Assembly: GCA_021604765.1 (NCBI GenBank)
Contig: BQJP01000001.1
Location: 262,226 to 326,225 of the forward strand
Length of the DNA stretch: 64,000 bases
Direction of reading: 5' to 3'
Source: Thermodesulfobacteriota bacterium
GTDB taxonomy: Bacteria > Desulfobacterota_D > UBA1144 > Nemesobacterales > UBA2774
Below the pieces are notes generated by a model. It had not been told where the DNA came from, made no database searches, and worked only from the letters and a program-made list of their open reading frames with translations. This document shows, in pieces, positions 19,171-28,402 of the stretch; positions within the stretch are counted from its first letter, which is position 1; each line of letters starts with the position of its first letter. The translations under genes and the position numbers were made by a program.

Positions 19171-19626
19171 CTACACTTTCTCTCTAGTTATTGTGCTAAA
19201 GGCAAATTCAATTGTTTCAATTACCATCTCGTTACTTTTTGCTTTGAATGGCGCTGCTTCAAATTTAATCGGCCAGGCATTGGACAATTTCCACCTCATT
19301 GCTGGTTCATGTTCTTGGTTAAGAAGGGTTACGGTTATATCAGTGGTCTTAATAGGTTCGGATAAATCGTTGAGGAATACATTATTAATCCATTCAATTA
19401 TCTTTGGATCGCTTATTATGCCTCTCTTTAGCACAAGGTTGGAGTGTTTAGTTGATATGGGCAGTTTATGAGCATAACTGTTCTCGCCTCCCTCCCGATA
19501 TTCTACAACATCACTTTCACTGTTGAGACCAGTGACCTCTTGAAAGCTGGAGTTGTTGTTTTGAACTCCGTCAAGTCCAAATTCAGCCTTAAAATAAAAC
19601 GCTGCTGGGGGATAATTGTTCGCCAT
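19171..19626 (-). CDS. Orphan contractile tail tube protein (T4 gp19/Afp1-Afp5-like)
   Basis: 'YPPAAFYF...FQEVTGL...EYREGGEN...KLP...NLVLKRG...WKLSNAWPIK...IETIEFAF' signature. Confidence 0.9.
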   Translation of the reverse strand: MANNYPPAAFYFKAEFGLDGVQNNNSSFQEVTGLNSESDVVEYREGGENSYAHKLPISTKHSNLVLKRGIISDPKIIEWINNVFLNDLSEPIKTTDITVTLLNQEHEPAMRWKLSNAWPIKFEAAPFKAKSNEMVIETIEFAFSTITREKV

Positions 19627-19660
19627 CTATGGACTCCCTTAATACTTTACTACTATAAAC

Positions 19661-19699
19661 AAAAAAGGGAGCCGGCACTATATGTACCAAGCTCCCTTT
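19661..19699 (-). terminator. IPTL-CTERM-associated terminator family
   Basis: gggagc...gctccc stem with T-tract, 30 nt after the stop at 19730. Confidence 0.7.
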
Positions 19700-19729
19700 A
19701 AGTTTTTTAATTTTAAAAATTGTCTGAGT

Positions 19730-20101
19730 TTAAGCAGTAGCTCTCTTTCTTCTCATAACCATAAATCCAACTACTCCAAGAACTGCCGCCATGGCAATAA
19801 GACCCCATTCAGAAAGTGTTGGGACTTGACTTGTGAATGCACCACACTGACCTGTTCTTACATCGCAAAATTGATCGTCGAATATGCCAATAAAATCAGC
19901 ATCTCCAGGGATTGCGCATAATACACCCTGGGGTAAGTTACTGCAAGCTAATTCCCCTTCAAGTTCCCACTGGCAACATGCTTGCGAACCGTCTGGTGGT
20001 ATTGGAATGCCTGCATCGGCATCTTTAGGAATAGATATAGATAAAAAACCCGCGATTAGAAAAGCAGCAATAAATGTGGTGATTATAATTTTATTCGCCA
20101 T
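19730..20101 (-). CDS. Small IPTL-CTERM protein with a six-Cys domain
   Basis: Start refined to MANKIII; 'CCQ...C...C...C...TGQC' then VPTLSEWG tag. Confidence 0.85.
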   Translation of the reverse strand: MANKIIITTFIAAFLIAGFLSISIPKDADAGIPIPPDGSQACCQWELEGELACSNLPQGVLCAIPGDADFIGIFDDQFCDVRTGQCGAFTSQVPTLSEWGLIAMAAVLGVVGFMVMRRKRATA

Positions 20102-20204
20102 CTTGAATCCTCCATTACATAGAATACAAATCATATTATCATATAGACATATGACAAACAACCAGTTCTTTTACTCTATAACTACTTAATAGTAATTCTC
20201 AACA

Positions 20205-20257
20205 TTAAGCAGGCGGAGAAACTATTTTATAAACTACCGAGTTTCCGCTGTAAAACG
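20205..20257 (-). repeat. Duplicated 3' end of the 21793-22749 gene
   Basis: 47/53 nt identical to 21793-21845; all six differences are at third codon positions. Encodes the same FYSGNSVVYKIVSPPA*. Confidence 0.85.
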
Positions 20258-20286
20258 CTTATGGTATCTGCCTGCTTTATTTTGTA

Positions 20287-21720
20287 TTAACCAACTTTTT
20301 CGACATCTGGAAGTGTCCAGGTTTTATCGAATAGAGCCTTCTCAGGACCATAAAGACGGAAGATCAAAAAGAAGTCCTCGCCAGTTGGAAGCCAATTTGA
20401 TTCCATGCCCTCTGGTGCTTTTGGCCCGAAATATATATCAATTGTCCCATCCTCATTCTGCTTTAGATCTGCTTCCTGAGTAGAACCGATTCCGACCTTG
20501 CTTGCGTTATTAATGAAACCCTTGGTCTTCATGCTATAAACGATTGCTGACCAAAATTGGGCTGCAGGCACATCTTTTGGAACCTTAAGACGATAGAGAG
20601 AAGATCCGTCAAACATTTCTCCTGATTTATCGCGGAGACCCATTAGATAGAAACTCCCTTTACCTAAACGTTTTGGCAAGAATGTAGCCCAGAAGTACAT
20701 CCCTCCTGCCCGCTTGTCCAACAGCAACTCATCTTTTGTTACCATCGGAAACCCTGCTTCAGCTTGTGCTTTAGGGAAATTGGGTGCTTGCCATTTCACA
20801 TCTGACCACCAATTTACAAGTGCTTTGTCAGGTGTGGTGAAGTACTCTTGCATCAAGTCATAACCAAGAGTAAGCGATTGCTCTAAAGCTTTTGTGGTTT
20901 CTTCATTCGGATTAAACTCTGCGCCTTTTTGAATTCCAATAGTTGGGAGCATTCCCATCATTACTAGATCTTTTTCCTGAACGGGTTCTTCGTTAACAAC
21001 AGTGGCTAAGTCCTCAAAGAAGCTCATATCATATTGCGGTAGGGTGTTCCACGTTTTGGGAAATGCATTTATGTAGCGCGTCGGCTCAGGATTCTCCGCC
21101 TCTGATAATGGATAGGCCTTGAGTTTTTTGGCATATGTTACAGCCTCTTCCAGTGTGCCTCCGTTAACTGCTACTGGGCGAAGCCCAACATACAAATTGA
21201 ACGTTTTGGGCCTTTGAACTATATACCCTTCAGGCACCTCTCCCTCATAACCTGGAGGTAAAAACAGATATTTACCACCCTTGCCCTTATCATCCCCTTC
21301 AGGTCCAACATCAGTCACAGGCAATTGCCAGGCATCAATGACGCTTCCAAAATAGATAACCTTTTCTGACGCCGGTGGGACATCTAGTATTACAGGGCCA
21401 TCCTTGGTATTTAACACCGACATTACATATGGGACGTTATTATTCGGAGTTAGAAATCCGTGCCGCGAAACCATGGGCTCTGAGAAATAAATGATATCGT
21501 TGAATGTAAAACCTAGCTGGGTTTCTGCGCTCTTCCGTAAATCCATCATGCTTACAGCTGGCATGCCCCAGATAACAGCCTGTGTGCCGCGCTGGACCGC
21601 TTGTTTATATTCAAGCGATTCCTCCGTTCCGTTCTGTGCCCCAGCTTGTCCTGTCACTGCTATCAGCATTATTGTAAAAACGAAAAGGATAAAACTCTTC
21701 TGTGTGAACTGTTTTAACAT
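20287..21720 (-). CDS. DUF1254/DUF1214 domain periplasmic protein
   Basis: 'IWGMPAV', 'LTPNNNVPY', 'GKGGKYLFLPPGY', 'NEDGTIDIYFGP' and 'FRLYGPE' motifs. Confidence 0.9.
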   Translation of the reverse strand: MLKQFTQKSFILFVFTIMLIAVTGQAGAQNGTEESLEYKQAVQRGTQAVIWGMPAVSMMDLRKSAETQLGFTFNDIIYFSEPMVSRHGFLTPNNNVPYVMSVLNTKDGPVILDVPPASEKVIYFGSVIDAWQLPVTDVGPEGDDKGKGGKYLFLPPGYEGEVPEGYIVQRPKTFNLYVGLRPVAVNGGTLEEAVTYAKKLKAYPLSEAENPEPTRYINAFPKTWNTLPQYDMSFFEDLATVVNEEPVQEKDLVMMGMLPTIGIQKGAEFNPNEETTKALEQSLTLGYDLMQEYFTTPDKALVNWWSDVKWQAPNFPKAQAEAGFPMVTKDELLLDKRAGGMYFWATFLPKRLGKGSFYLMGLRDKSGEMFDGSSLYRLKVPKDVPAAQFWSAIVYSMKTKGFINNASKVGIGSTQEADLKQNEDGTIDIYFGPKAPEGMESNWLPTGEDFFLIFRLYGPEKALFDKTWTLPDVEKVG

Positions 21721-21792
21721 GTTACCGCCTCCTTGTTTAAATTGTCTAATTTATTTTTGACTACTTATCTGCTTGCACAACATTTTCAATAA

Positions 21793-22749
21793 TTACGCAG
21801 GTGGAGAAACAATCTTATACACTACTGAGTTTCCGCTGTAAAACGGCTGATAATAACCTCCTGCAAAGAGAAAATATGTTTGTCCGCCAACATCAGTTTT
21901 TTGAGCGCCATCAGGCAGGTTATTTACCATAGCGCCTACAGGAGGTTCAACCACTTTATAACCATTCGAGGTCTGTTGATAAAATGCTCCTCCGCAGTCG
22001 CGGTACTGACCACTTACTCCGCTCACTGATGTACAGCTTGGGGGAAGCTCAGTTACAACTGCACCTTGTGGAGGTGGAATAACTACATACTCATTTTCCT
22101 TCTGAGCATAGTAAACCCCGTCAGAATAATAGAAGGTATCGCCTTCAACAATCACGGTAGAAGAGTTTTGTGGAATTGACGCAATTGCAGCTCCAATTAC
22201 AAGCCCGCTCGCAAATGCCCATCCTGAGTAATATCCTCCCCAGGAGTTCCAGTATCCGCCGTAGTATCTGCCGTTATATTTGTTTCCGTAGTACTTGTTA
22301 TTCACGTCGATATTAACATTGTTGTTATTGAAATTACCGGAATTATTTATGTTGTTGTTACCACGGTCCGGTCTGTTGCCCTGTCCAGGGTTGTTAGGTC
22401 TATTGCCAGCATTGTTGCCATTTCCCGGTCTGTTAACATTTCCACTTCCCGGCCTACTGTTCCCAGGATTGTTTGGTCTGGTTGCGGGTCTTGTTTGAGG
22501 TCTTGACTGAATGTTCCTCTGTCCCCCGCCATAGTTCTGTCGACTTGAAGAGTGACCTGAATACTTAACACTCCCTCTGCCGCCGTTTCCAAAACCGCCT
22601 CCGCCTCCGCGGTGCATGCTATGACCGCCTCCTCTACCACCACCGCCTCTTCCCCCTCGGGAGTAAGCGTCAAGAGTAGCCATGAGCATCAAAGTTAATA
22701 ATAGAAAAGCAGTTAATGCGCTCTGTAATTTTATTTTATTTTTCTTCAT
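21793..22749 (-). CDS. Secreted Gly/Arg/Asn-rich protein (DUF6515-like)
   Basis: Signal peptide, low-complexity N-half, 'YYSDGVYY...YVVIPPPQGAVVTELP' repeats. Confidence 0.75.
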   Translation of the reverse strand: MKKNKIKLQSALTAFLLLTLMLMATLDAYSRGGRGGGGRGGGHSMHRGGGGGFGNGGRGSVKYSGHSSSRQNYGGGQRNIQSRPQTRPATRPNNPGNSRPGSGNVNRPGNGNNAGNRPNNPGQGNRPDRGNNNINNSGNFNNNNVNIDVNNKYYGNKYNGRYYGGYWNSWGGYYSGWAFASGLVIGAAIASIPQNSSTVIVEGDTFYYSDGVYYAQKENEYVVIPPPQGAVVTELPPSCTSVSGVSGQYRDCGGAFYQQTSNGYKVVEPPVGAMVNNLPDGAQKTDVGGQTYFLFAGGYYQPFYSGNSVVYKIVSPPA

Positions 22750-23560
22750 CTTTGTTTGCTCCTTCTTCTTTCTTGAAGTTTATAAAATCAATCTTTACCG
22801 CATCCTTTGGAATGTTGGGTTTAAACGTAGACTTGGTTATCTCAGGTTTAAGATTCCAGTTGGAAAATGTTGCCTGGTACTGAGGCACTCCCTCAATCTG
22901 AGTGTAGTTTATGACAAGCTTACAGGGAAGCGCTGGATCATCATTTGAAACCCATATCTGCCAGTCAACATACTCAGCCGTGAATGCAAGGTGTGTGCAT
23001 TCTTGTCCTCCAACATTGCTGTCGCCCACAACAAATCCTCCAAGAGTTGTTTCCATAACAGATTCGTATGGGTTGGAGCTGATAATGTCTGCAAGCGGTA
23101 GCGAGAAGTTGTAATTGTCTATAAGAAAGTCCATCGTGGCATCAATGTTGTCAGGTGTTTCAAGCTGTCCGTAAAAATCCTTGTTTTCAATATAGAGTGT
23201 GAGACTTTTAGTGCTGTACCAAACCTCTCTTGTGCTAGAGTCGCCAACGTATTTGGCGTAAACCTGGTTGGGGCGTTTAACAACAGCTGTTAAAGTGCCG
23301 CCCATTTGAATGGGTTGTCCAGAGGCATATGTGATATCGTTTGTAATTTCTGTGTCGAATGAGAATTCTTTTAGAGCACTAAGAGTGTTTGACATCTCCT
23401 TCAGCACTTCCAGCGCCTCTGGTTCAATTGTCGCTTGAGTGGTTTCTTCTGTTTGTGTTTCTACCTCTTCCTCTTCTTGAGCCTGCGCTGTTAGAGACGT
23501 GATCAAGGCTGCGCATAGAAAGAGTAATGAAATGATGAGTATATTTCGAGTTCCTACCAT
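22736..23560 (-). CDS. DUF2092 periplasmic protein
   Basis: 'VKRPNQ', 'LPLADII' and 'CTHLAF...DWQIWV...PCKLVI' motifs. Confidence 0.85.
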   Translation of the reverse strand: MVGTRNILIISLLFLCAALITSLTAQAQEEEEVETQTEETTQATIEPEALEVLKEMSNTLSALKEFSFDTEITNDITYASGQPIQMGGTLTAVVKRPNQVYAKYVGDSSTREVWYSTKSLTLYIENKDFYGQLETPDNIDATMDFLIDNYNFSLPLADIISSNPYESVMETTLGGFVVGDSNVGGQECTHLAFTAEYVDWQIWVSNDDPALPCKLVINYTQIEGVPQYQATFSNWNLKPEITKSTFKPNIPKDAVKIDFINFKKEEGANKDEEK

Positions 23561-23729
23561 TTTAACCTCCAGTTAAATTGTTATGATCTATTGTAAATGA
23601 TATATATAGAAAATACACGGCCAATATTGTAATGATTAAAAATTGATTGATTCATCAAATTGTTGTGTTAATCTTGGAGTGAATTCTATATTAACATTGC
23701 TTATTAATAAGCAAAAAGGAGGCGGTAAG

Positions 23730-24410
23730 ATGTTGAAGAAGCTAACTATAGCTACAGCTTTATTTGTTTTATTAGCACTACCTGGAATGGCAGTGGATAC
23801 ACCCGAGGTAGAAGCGCCAGCGGCACCTGAAGCAGAAGCACCACTAACTCCGGATACACCAGGGGTTGATACACCTTCAATGCCTGACGTAGAAGTTCCA
23901 GAAGTGAAAATGCCTGAGATGCCAAAAGTAGAGGCTCCTAAAATGCCAAAGGCTGATACACCGGATGCACCAGCAGTAGACGCGCCTGACGCGCCAAGCA
24001 TGGATGCACCAGATGCAGAGATGCCTGATACACCTAAAGCTGACATGCCCGACACACCTGGAGCAGAAGTACCAGATGCACCTGACGCACCGGAAGCGCC
24101 GCTAACTCCGGATACCCCAGACGTTGATACGCCTTCAATGCCTGATGTAGAAGTTCCTGAAGTGAAAGCGCCTGAGATGCCTAAGGTCGAGGCCCCTGAA
24201 ATGCCAGAAGTAAAGGCTCCAGAGATGCCTGAGGTAAAAGCGCCTGAAATGCCAAAGGCCGATGTGCCGGATGCACCAGCAGTTGATGCTCCTGACGCGC
24301 CATCAGTGGATGCACCTGACGCTCCGGAAGCTCCACTTGCCCCGGATACCCCAGACGTTGATACTCCAGAAATGCCTGATGTAGAAGCGCCAGAAGCACC
24401 AAAAAATTAA
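23730..24410 (+). CDS. Secreted Pro/Asp/Glu/Ala-rich repeat protein
   Basis: SD aggagg then MLKKLTIATALF signal peptide; PDAP, PEMPKVEA and PEVKA repeats. Confidence 0.8.
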   Translation: MLKKLTIATALFVLLALPGMAVDTPEVEAPAAPEAEAPLTPDTPGVDTPSMPDVEVPEVKMPEMPKVEAPKMPKADTPDAPAVDAPDAPSMDAPDAEMPDTPKADMPDTPGAEVPDAPDAPEAPLTPDTPDVDTPSMPDVEVPEVKAPEMPKVEAPEMPEVKAPEMPEVKAPEMPKADVPDAPAVDAPDAPSVDAPDAPEAPLAPDTPDVDTPEMPDVEAPEAPKN

Positions 24411-24468
24411 AAGAAATAACTGCGGTACTTGAAGTTGGAGTACTTAGTTATAAAAATACGAACAAAAT

Positions 24469-24506
24469 GGGAGTTGGCACAAATTGTGTCTCAGCTCCCT
24501 TTTTTT
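24469..24506 (+). terminator. Intrinsic terminator
   Basis: gggagttg...cagctccc followed by T7. Confidence 0.7.
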
Positions 24507-24549
24507 ATATATACTAAAGGGTATTCAATATCTATAAGGAGTTAACACA

Positions 24550-25296
24550 ATTTCAAAACCGTCTCTAAATATTTTTGTCCATTCTCATTTTTGCGAGAAA
24601 GCCCGCTGGACATTAAATCACTTTGACATAGATTTTGATACTTCTTATATCGCCCCCGGTCTTCATGTAGTTTTTGCGAAAAAATTGAAATTGCCCTGTA
24701 CAACCCTGCCAATACTAATTGTAGATGGTGAAGCCATACAAGGTTCAGCCAATATTATTGACTGGGCTGAGAATCAGTCCGATGACCCTGAAAAATCGCT
24801 GATTCCCTCAACAGATTTAGATAAATGCCTTGAAGTGGAAAAGCACCTTGATGAAGTAGCAGGCGTTCACGCGCGTAGGTTCTACTATTCAGAGGCTCTC
24901 ATGGATTCCCCTGCAGAAGTTCGCCAGATATTTGCAAGGGACTTAACCTTTTTTAACAAAATGGCTCTTCGAGGTTCCTGGAGCATGGTGCGAAAGCTTA
25001 TGATACAGGAGATGGACCTGGGCAAGGAACAAAGAGAGGATTCAAAAAAGATAATAGAGCGAGAGCTTGAGTGGCTTGATGATATGCTCTCGGACGGACG
25101 GGAATTCTTGATTGGGGGTAAATTCTCACGCGCTGATCTCACTGCAGCGAGCTTGCTTGCCGTAATAGCCAAGCCAAAAAAACATCCCGTCTATAATGAT
25201 ATCCCTCTGCCTCCTAAAATGAAAGCTGATATGGAAACCTGGCAGGAACGCCCGGCTATCAAATGGGTGAACCGAATTTATAGCCAATACCGCTAA
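24550..25296 (+). CDS. Glutathione S-transferase family protein; in-frame start appears to be ATT
   Basis: GST motif 'SHFCEKARW' lies in frame upstream of the track start. AAGGAG-8nt-ATT at 24550; C-terminal 'FLIGGKFSRADLTAASLL'. Confidence 0.8.
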   Translation: MSKPSLNIFVHSHFCEKARWTLNHFDIDFDTSYIAPGLHVVFAKKLKLPCTTLPILIVDGEAIQGSANIIDWAENQSDDPEKSLIPSTDLDKCLEVEKHLDEVAGVHARRFYYSEALMDSPAEVRQIFARDLTFFNKMALRGSWSMVRKLMIQEMDLGKEQREDSKKIIERELEWLDDMLSDGREFLIGGKFSRADLTAASLLAVIAKPKKHPVYNDIPLPPKMKADMETWQERPAIKWVNRIYSQYR

Positions 25297-25506
25297 AGCG
25301 CCAAGCTCCCTTTATATATTGTAAAGGCATATCTCATATTTCCTATGTAAATTATATTGTATTCTTTCATATTATTAGTGATGAATGTTTGCTTCTCATG
25401 GTATTCAAAACAAACCAAACTTGTTTTTATCTTATATTTTGTAGTAGAATAAATTCTACAGTTTTTAGAATATTGTAAAGGATGATTCTTATGGAGGGAA
25501 TTTTCA

Positions 25507-27228
25507 ATGACAAATATTTTGCGTGTTTTCATGTCCGCAGTTCTTATCTTTACTGTTTTAATCTCGTTTGAATTACATGCTCAAGACCAAAGCCCTAAAC
25601 AGCTTGATATAATCTGGCACGAAGGTTCGCTTGGCAATCTGCTAAGTGATCTCGGCGAACAGTACACAAAAGAAACAGGGGTTTTCGTAAATGTAGACCT
25701 GGTTTCCTGGGATAAGTGGCATGACGCTATAGCGGTAGATTTCATTTCAGAATCAGGGAAATATGATCTGGTAGTTTTCGATAGTCAGTCTATGAGTGAG
25801 TTTGCATCTGAGTTTGATATAGTACAGCTGAATTCATATCTTGAAAAAAGTAAGGCTTTAAAAATTACAGATTACGACACCGAATCAATTAATAAATACA
25901 GTGAATATCCTGAGGGATCATCTGATTACTATGCACTGCCGCTTAATCAGGACACTATGGGTCTTGTATATAGGAAAGACCTATTTGAAGATGCTTCCGA
26001 AAAAGAGAACTTCAAGAATAAGTACGGCTACGATCTTGCCGCACCTCAAACTTATGACCAATTAAAAGACATTGCAGAGTTCTTCACAAGGCCAGATGAC
26101 AATTTATACGGAATAGCGCTATTCGGAAGCAGCGATTATGACGCGGTCACCTCTGCATTTAATAATGTGCTCTGGTCTTTTGGCGGAGAACTTTGGGACG
26201 CAAAGACTAACACTGCAGAGGGTGTGATAAATTCCGAGAACGCGGTGACAGCTCTTGAGTTCTATAAGTCACTATTTGCATTTGCGCCTCCCGGTGCAAC
26301 CTTCTGGTACTACAATGAATTAAACGATGCTATAAAAAACGGCAAGGTCGCGATGGGCATAAACTGGTATTACTTTTTTAACAGCTACTTAGATCCGAAA
26401 GACAATGATGTGTCAGACAAAATTGCATTTGCTGTGCTCCCAGGTCATAAGGGAGCAGATGGAAAGCTAAATCAGTATAACTCAGTCGGCGGTCAAGGGA
26501 TAAGCATTTCAAAGTTTTCAGATAACAAGGACGGGGCATGGGCTTTTCTTGAGTGGCTCATGAGTGAGAAGGTGCAGTGGCAGTGGGTAAATGGCGGCGG
26601 CCAGACCGGCAGAACCGATATTCTTAGTTCCTCAAAATATAAAGAGTCAACTCCTTTTAATGCTATATTCCCAGTTTCAATGAGCCGCGTTAAGGATTAC
26701 TGGCACCTAGTAGAATATCCAAGACTTTTAGCTGTATATCAGGAAAATACCCATAAAGCTGTAACTGGTGAAATAACTCCTAAAGAAGCGCTTGATATTA
26801 CAGCTAAAGCGCAGCAGAAAATACTTGATCAGACTAGACAGCATGGCTATATAAATGTCAAAGATGTAGCATCAAATCTTCCTCCTGGAGAAGATGGGCT
26901 TGTAACTGATAACAGAATTGTAGAACGTAAGGACTCCGGAGCAAGGGTGTTTAGGGTAAATAAAGAAGTCCCGAAACATTATCATATAAAATCTGATGTC
27001 TATCTTTATGTTATATCGGGTGAAGCAAGTTTTCTCCTTAGCGACAATGAGCAAAAAATAGTCAAGGAAGGGGATTTTATATTCTTCAAAAAGGGGACTG
27101 TTCACGGAGTGGACAAAATTATCAAGAAACCTTTCAGCGCGCTAGCCATTGATGTTCCGGCGCGCGATCCAAGTGATGTAGTATTCATTGAGGATAAAGG
27201 TGATCAGCTTATTGAGACACCGCAATAA
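25507..27228 (+). CDS. Sugar ABC-type solute-binding protein fused to a C-terminal cupin
   Basis: SBP motifs 'LVYRKDLF', 'PQTYDQLKDIAEFF' and 'AWAFLEWL'; C-terminal cupin 'PKHYH...YVISGE...GTVHGV'. Confidence 0.85.
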   Translation: MTNILRVFMSAVLIFTVLISFELHAQDQSPKQLDIIWHEGSLGNLLSDLGEQYTKETGVFVNVDLVSWDKWHDAIAVDFISESGKYDLVVFDSQSMSEFASEFDIVQLNSYLEKSKALKITDYDTESINKYSEYPEGSSDYYALPLNQDTMGLVYRKDLFEDASEKENFKNKYGYDLAAPQTYDQLKDIAEFFTRPDDNLYGIALFGSSDYDAVTSAFNNVLWSFGGELWDAKTNTAEGVINSENAVTALEFYKSLFAFAPPGATFWYYNELNDAIKNGKVAMGINWYYFFNSYLDPKDNDVSDKIAFAVLPGHKGADGKLNQYNSVGGQGISISKFSDNKDGAWAFLEWLMSEKVQWQWVNGGGQTGRTDILSSSKYKESTPFNAIFPVSMSRVKDYWHLVEYPRLLAVYQENTHKAVTGEITPKEALDITAKAQQKILDQTRQHGYINVKDVASNLPPGEDGLVTDNRIVERKDSGARVFRVNKEVPKHYHIKSDVYLYVISGEASFLLSDNEQKIVKEGDFIFFKKGTVHGVDKIIKKPFSALAIDVPARDPSDVVFIEDKGDQLIETPQ

Positions 27229-27250
27229 ATTTCATTGGAGGAGTAAACAT

Positions 27251-28390
27251 ATGAGATTTCTAAATATTTTAATTTTAACTGCCCTATTATTTACACTAGC
27301 CTGTGCATCTAAAGATAAATATGAACCCCCGACAGTCAGAATGGTTCAACCGCAGCAGCCGGAAATTGTTGCAGAATTTCAGCAGCGTCCCGGAAATCCC
27401 GCAGTCACACCTGACGGAAGAATGATTGTTAGCATGCAGCCAATTGACTCTCCGGAAATTAAAGTTGTAGAAGTCCTTTCCGATGGCACAACAAGACCAT
27501 TCCCGAATGAGAAGTGGGCAACAGCAGTGGACGAAGATGGTATAGGCATGCAGGCTGTTATTGGTGTAGTTGCCGATACAAACGGCATGGTCTGGATGCT
27601 GGATATGGGCGGCGATGGACAGGCTCCTAAACTTGTAGGTTGGGATACAAATACTGACACTCTTTACAAGACGATTGTGTTCCCAGAATCAGTTTCAAAA
27701 CCAAACTCTTTCCATCAGGACGTAGCAATTGATACAGAGCGGAACATGGCATACGTCGCTGACATGACAAGAGGCGATCTTTTAGGAGACAGCTCTCCAG
27801 CAATTTTAGTGATCGATATAGAAACTGAAGAAGTCCGCAGAGTGCTTGAAGGTAACCCCAACTTCGCGCCAGGTACTGACCCTGTTGTTATTAACGGAAA
27901 TACTTTTGCAACAAAAACAGATGAGGGAGTAATCCCTATATTCTTAGGGCTCAACCCAATTACGATTGACCCGGAGAATGAGTGGGTTTATTTTGGCTCT
28001 ATTAACGGCACGGGGCTTTTCAGAATTCAGGCTTCTGCACTGGCAGATTCAAGTCTTTCAGACGAACAGCTCTCGGCAATGATTGAGCCCTATGGAGAAA
28101 AGAGAAGTAGTGACGGTATCAGTGTTGACAGCAGCGGAAATGTTTACATTACCGACATACAGAATAATGCCATTGGTGTTGCAAACCCTGAGGGATATCA
28201 AATCCTGGTTCAGGACAATGAGCTCTTATTATGGCCAGACGGTCTTGCCTTTGGACCAAACGGGTGGCTTTATGCAACTGTAAATCAGCTTAACTTGCAC
28301 CCGGCCCTAAACAGTGGTGTTGATGCGGGACAGCCACCTTACTATTTGGTACGTGTTAGACCTCTCTCGCCGGGACAGGTAGGCCGTTAA
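27251..28390 (+). CDS. Major royal jelly/yellow-like (L-dopachrome tautomerase-related) lipoprotein
   Basis: Lipobox 'FTLAC'; 'PFPNEKW', 'VWMLDMG', 'SDGISVD' and 'WPDGLAFGPNGWLY' motifs. Confidence 0.85.
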   Translation: MRFLNILILTALLFTLACASKDKYEPPTVRMVQPQQPEIVAEFQQRPGNPAVTPDGRMIVSMQPIDSPEIKVVEVLSDGTTRPFPNEKWATAVDEDGIGMQAVIGVVADTNGMVWMLDMGGDGQAPKLVGWDTNTDTLYKTIVFPESVSKPNSFHQDVAIDTERNMAYVADMTRGDLLGDSSPAILVIDIETEEVRRVLEGNPNFAPGTDPVVINGNTFATKTDEGVIPIFLGLNPITIDPENEWVYFGSINGTGLFRIQASALADSSLSDEQLSAMIEPYGEKRSSDGISVDSSGNVYITDIQNNAIGVANPEGYQILVQDNELLLWPDGLAFGPNGWLYATVNQLNLHPALNSGVDAGQPPYYLVRVRPLSPGQVGR

Positions 28391-28402
28391 TTTTGAGCCA
28401 AT

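Noticed and set aside
23636..24402. Antisense ORFs over the Pro-rich gene
   Set aside because: Shadows of low-complexity coding sequence; the plus strand has the SD, signal peptide and terminator.
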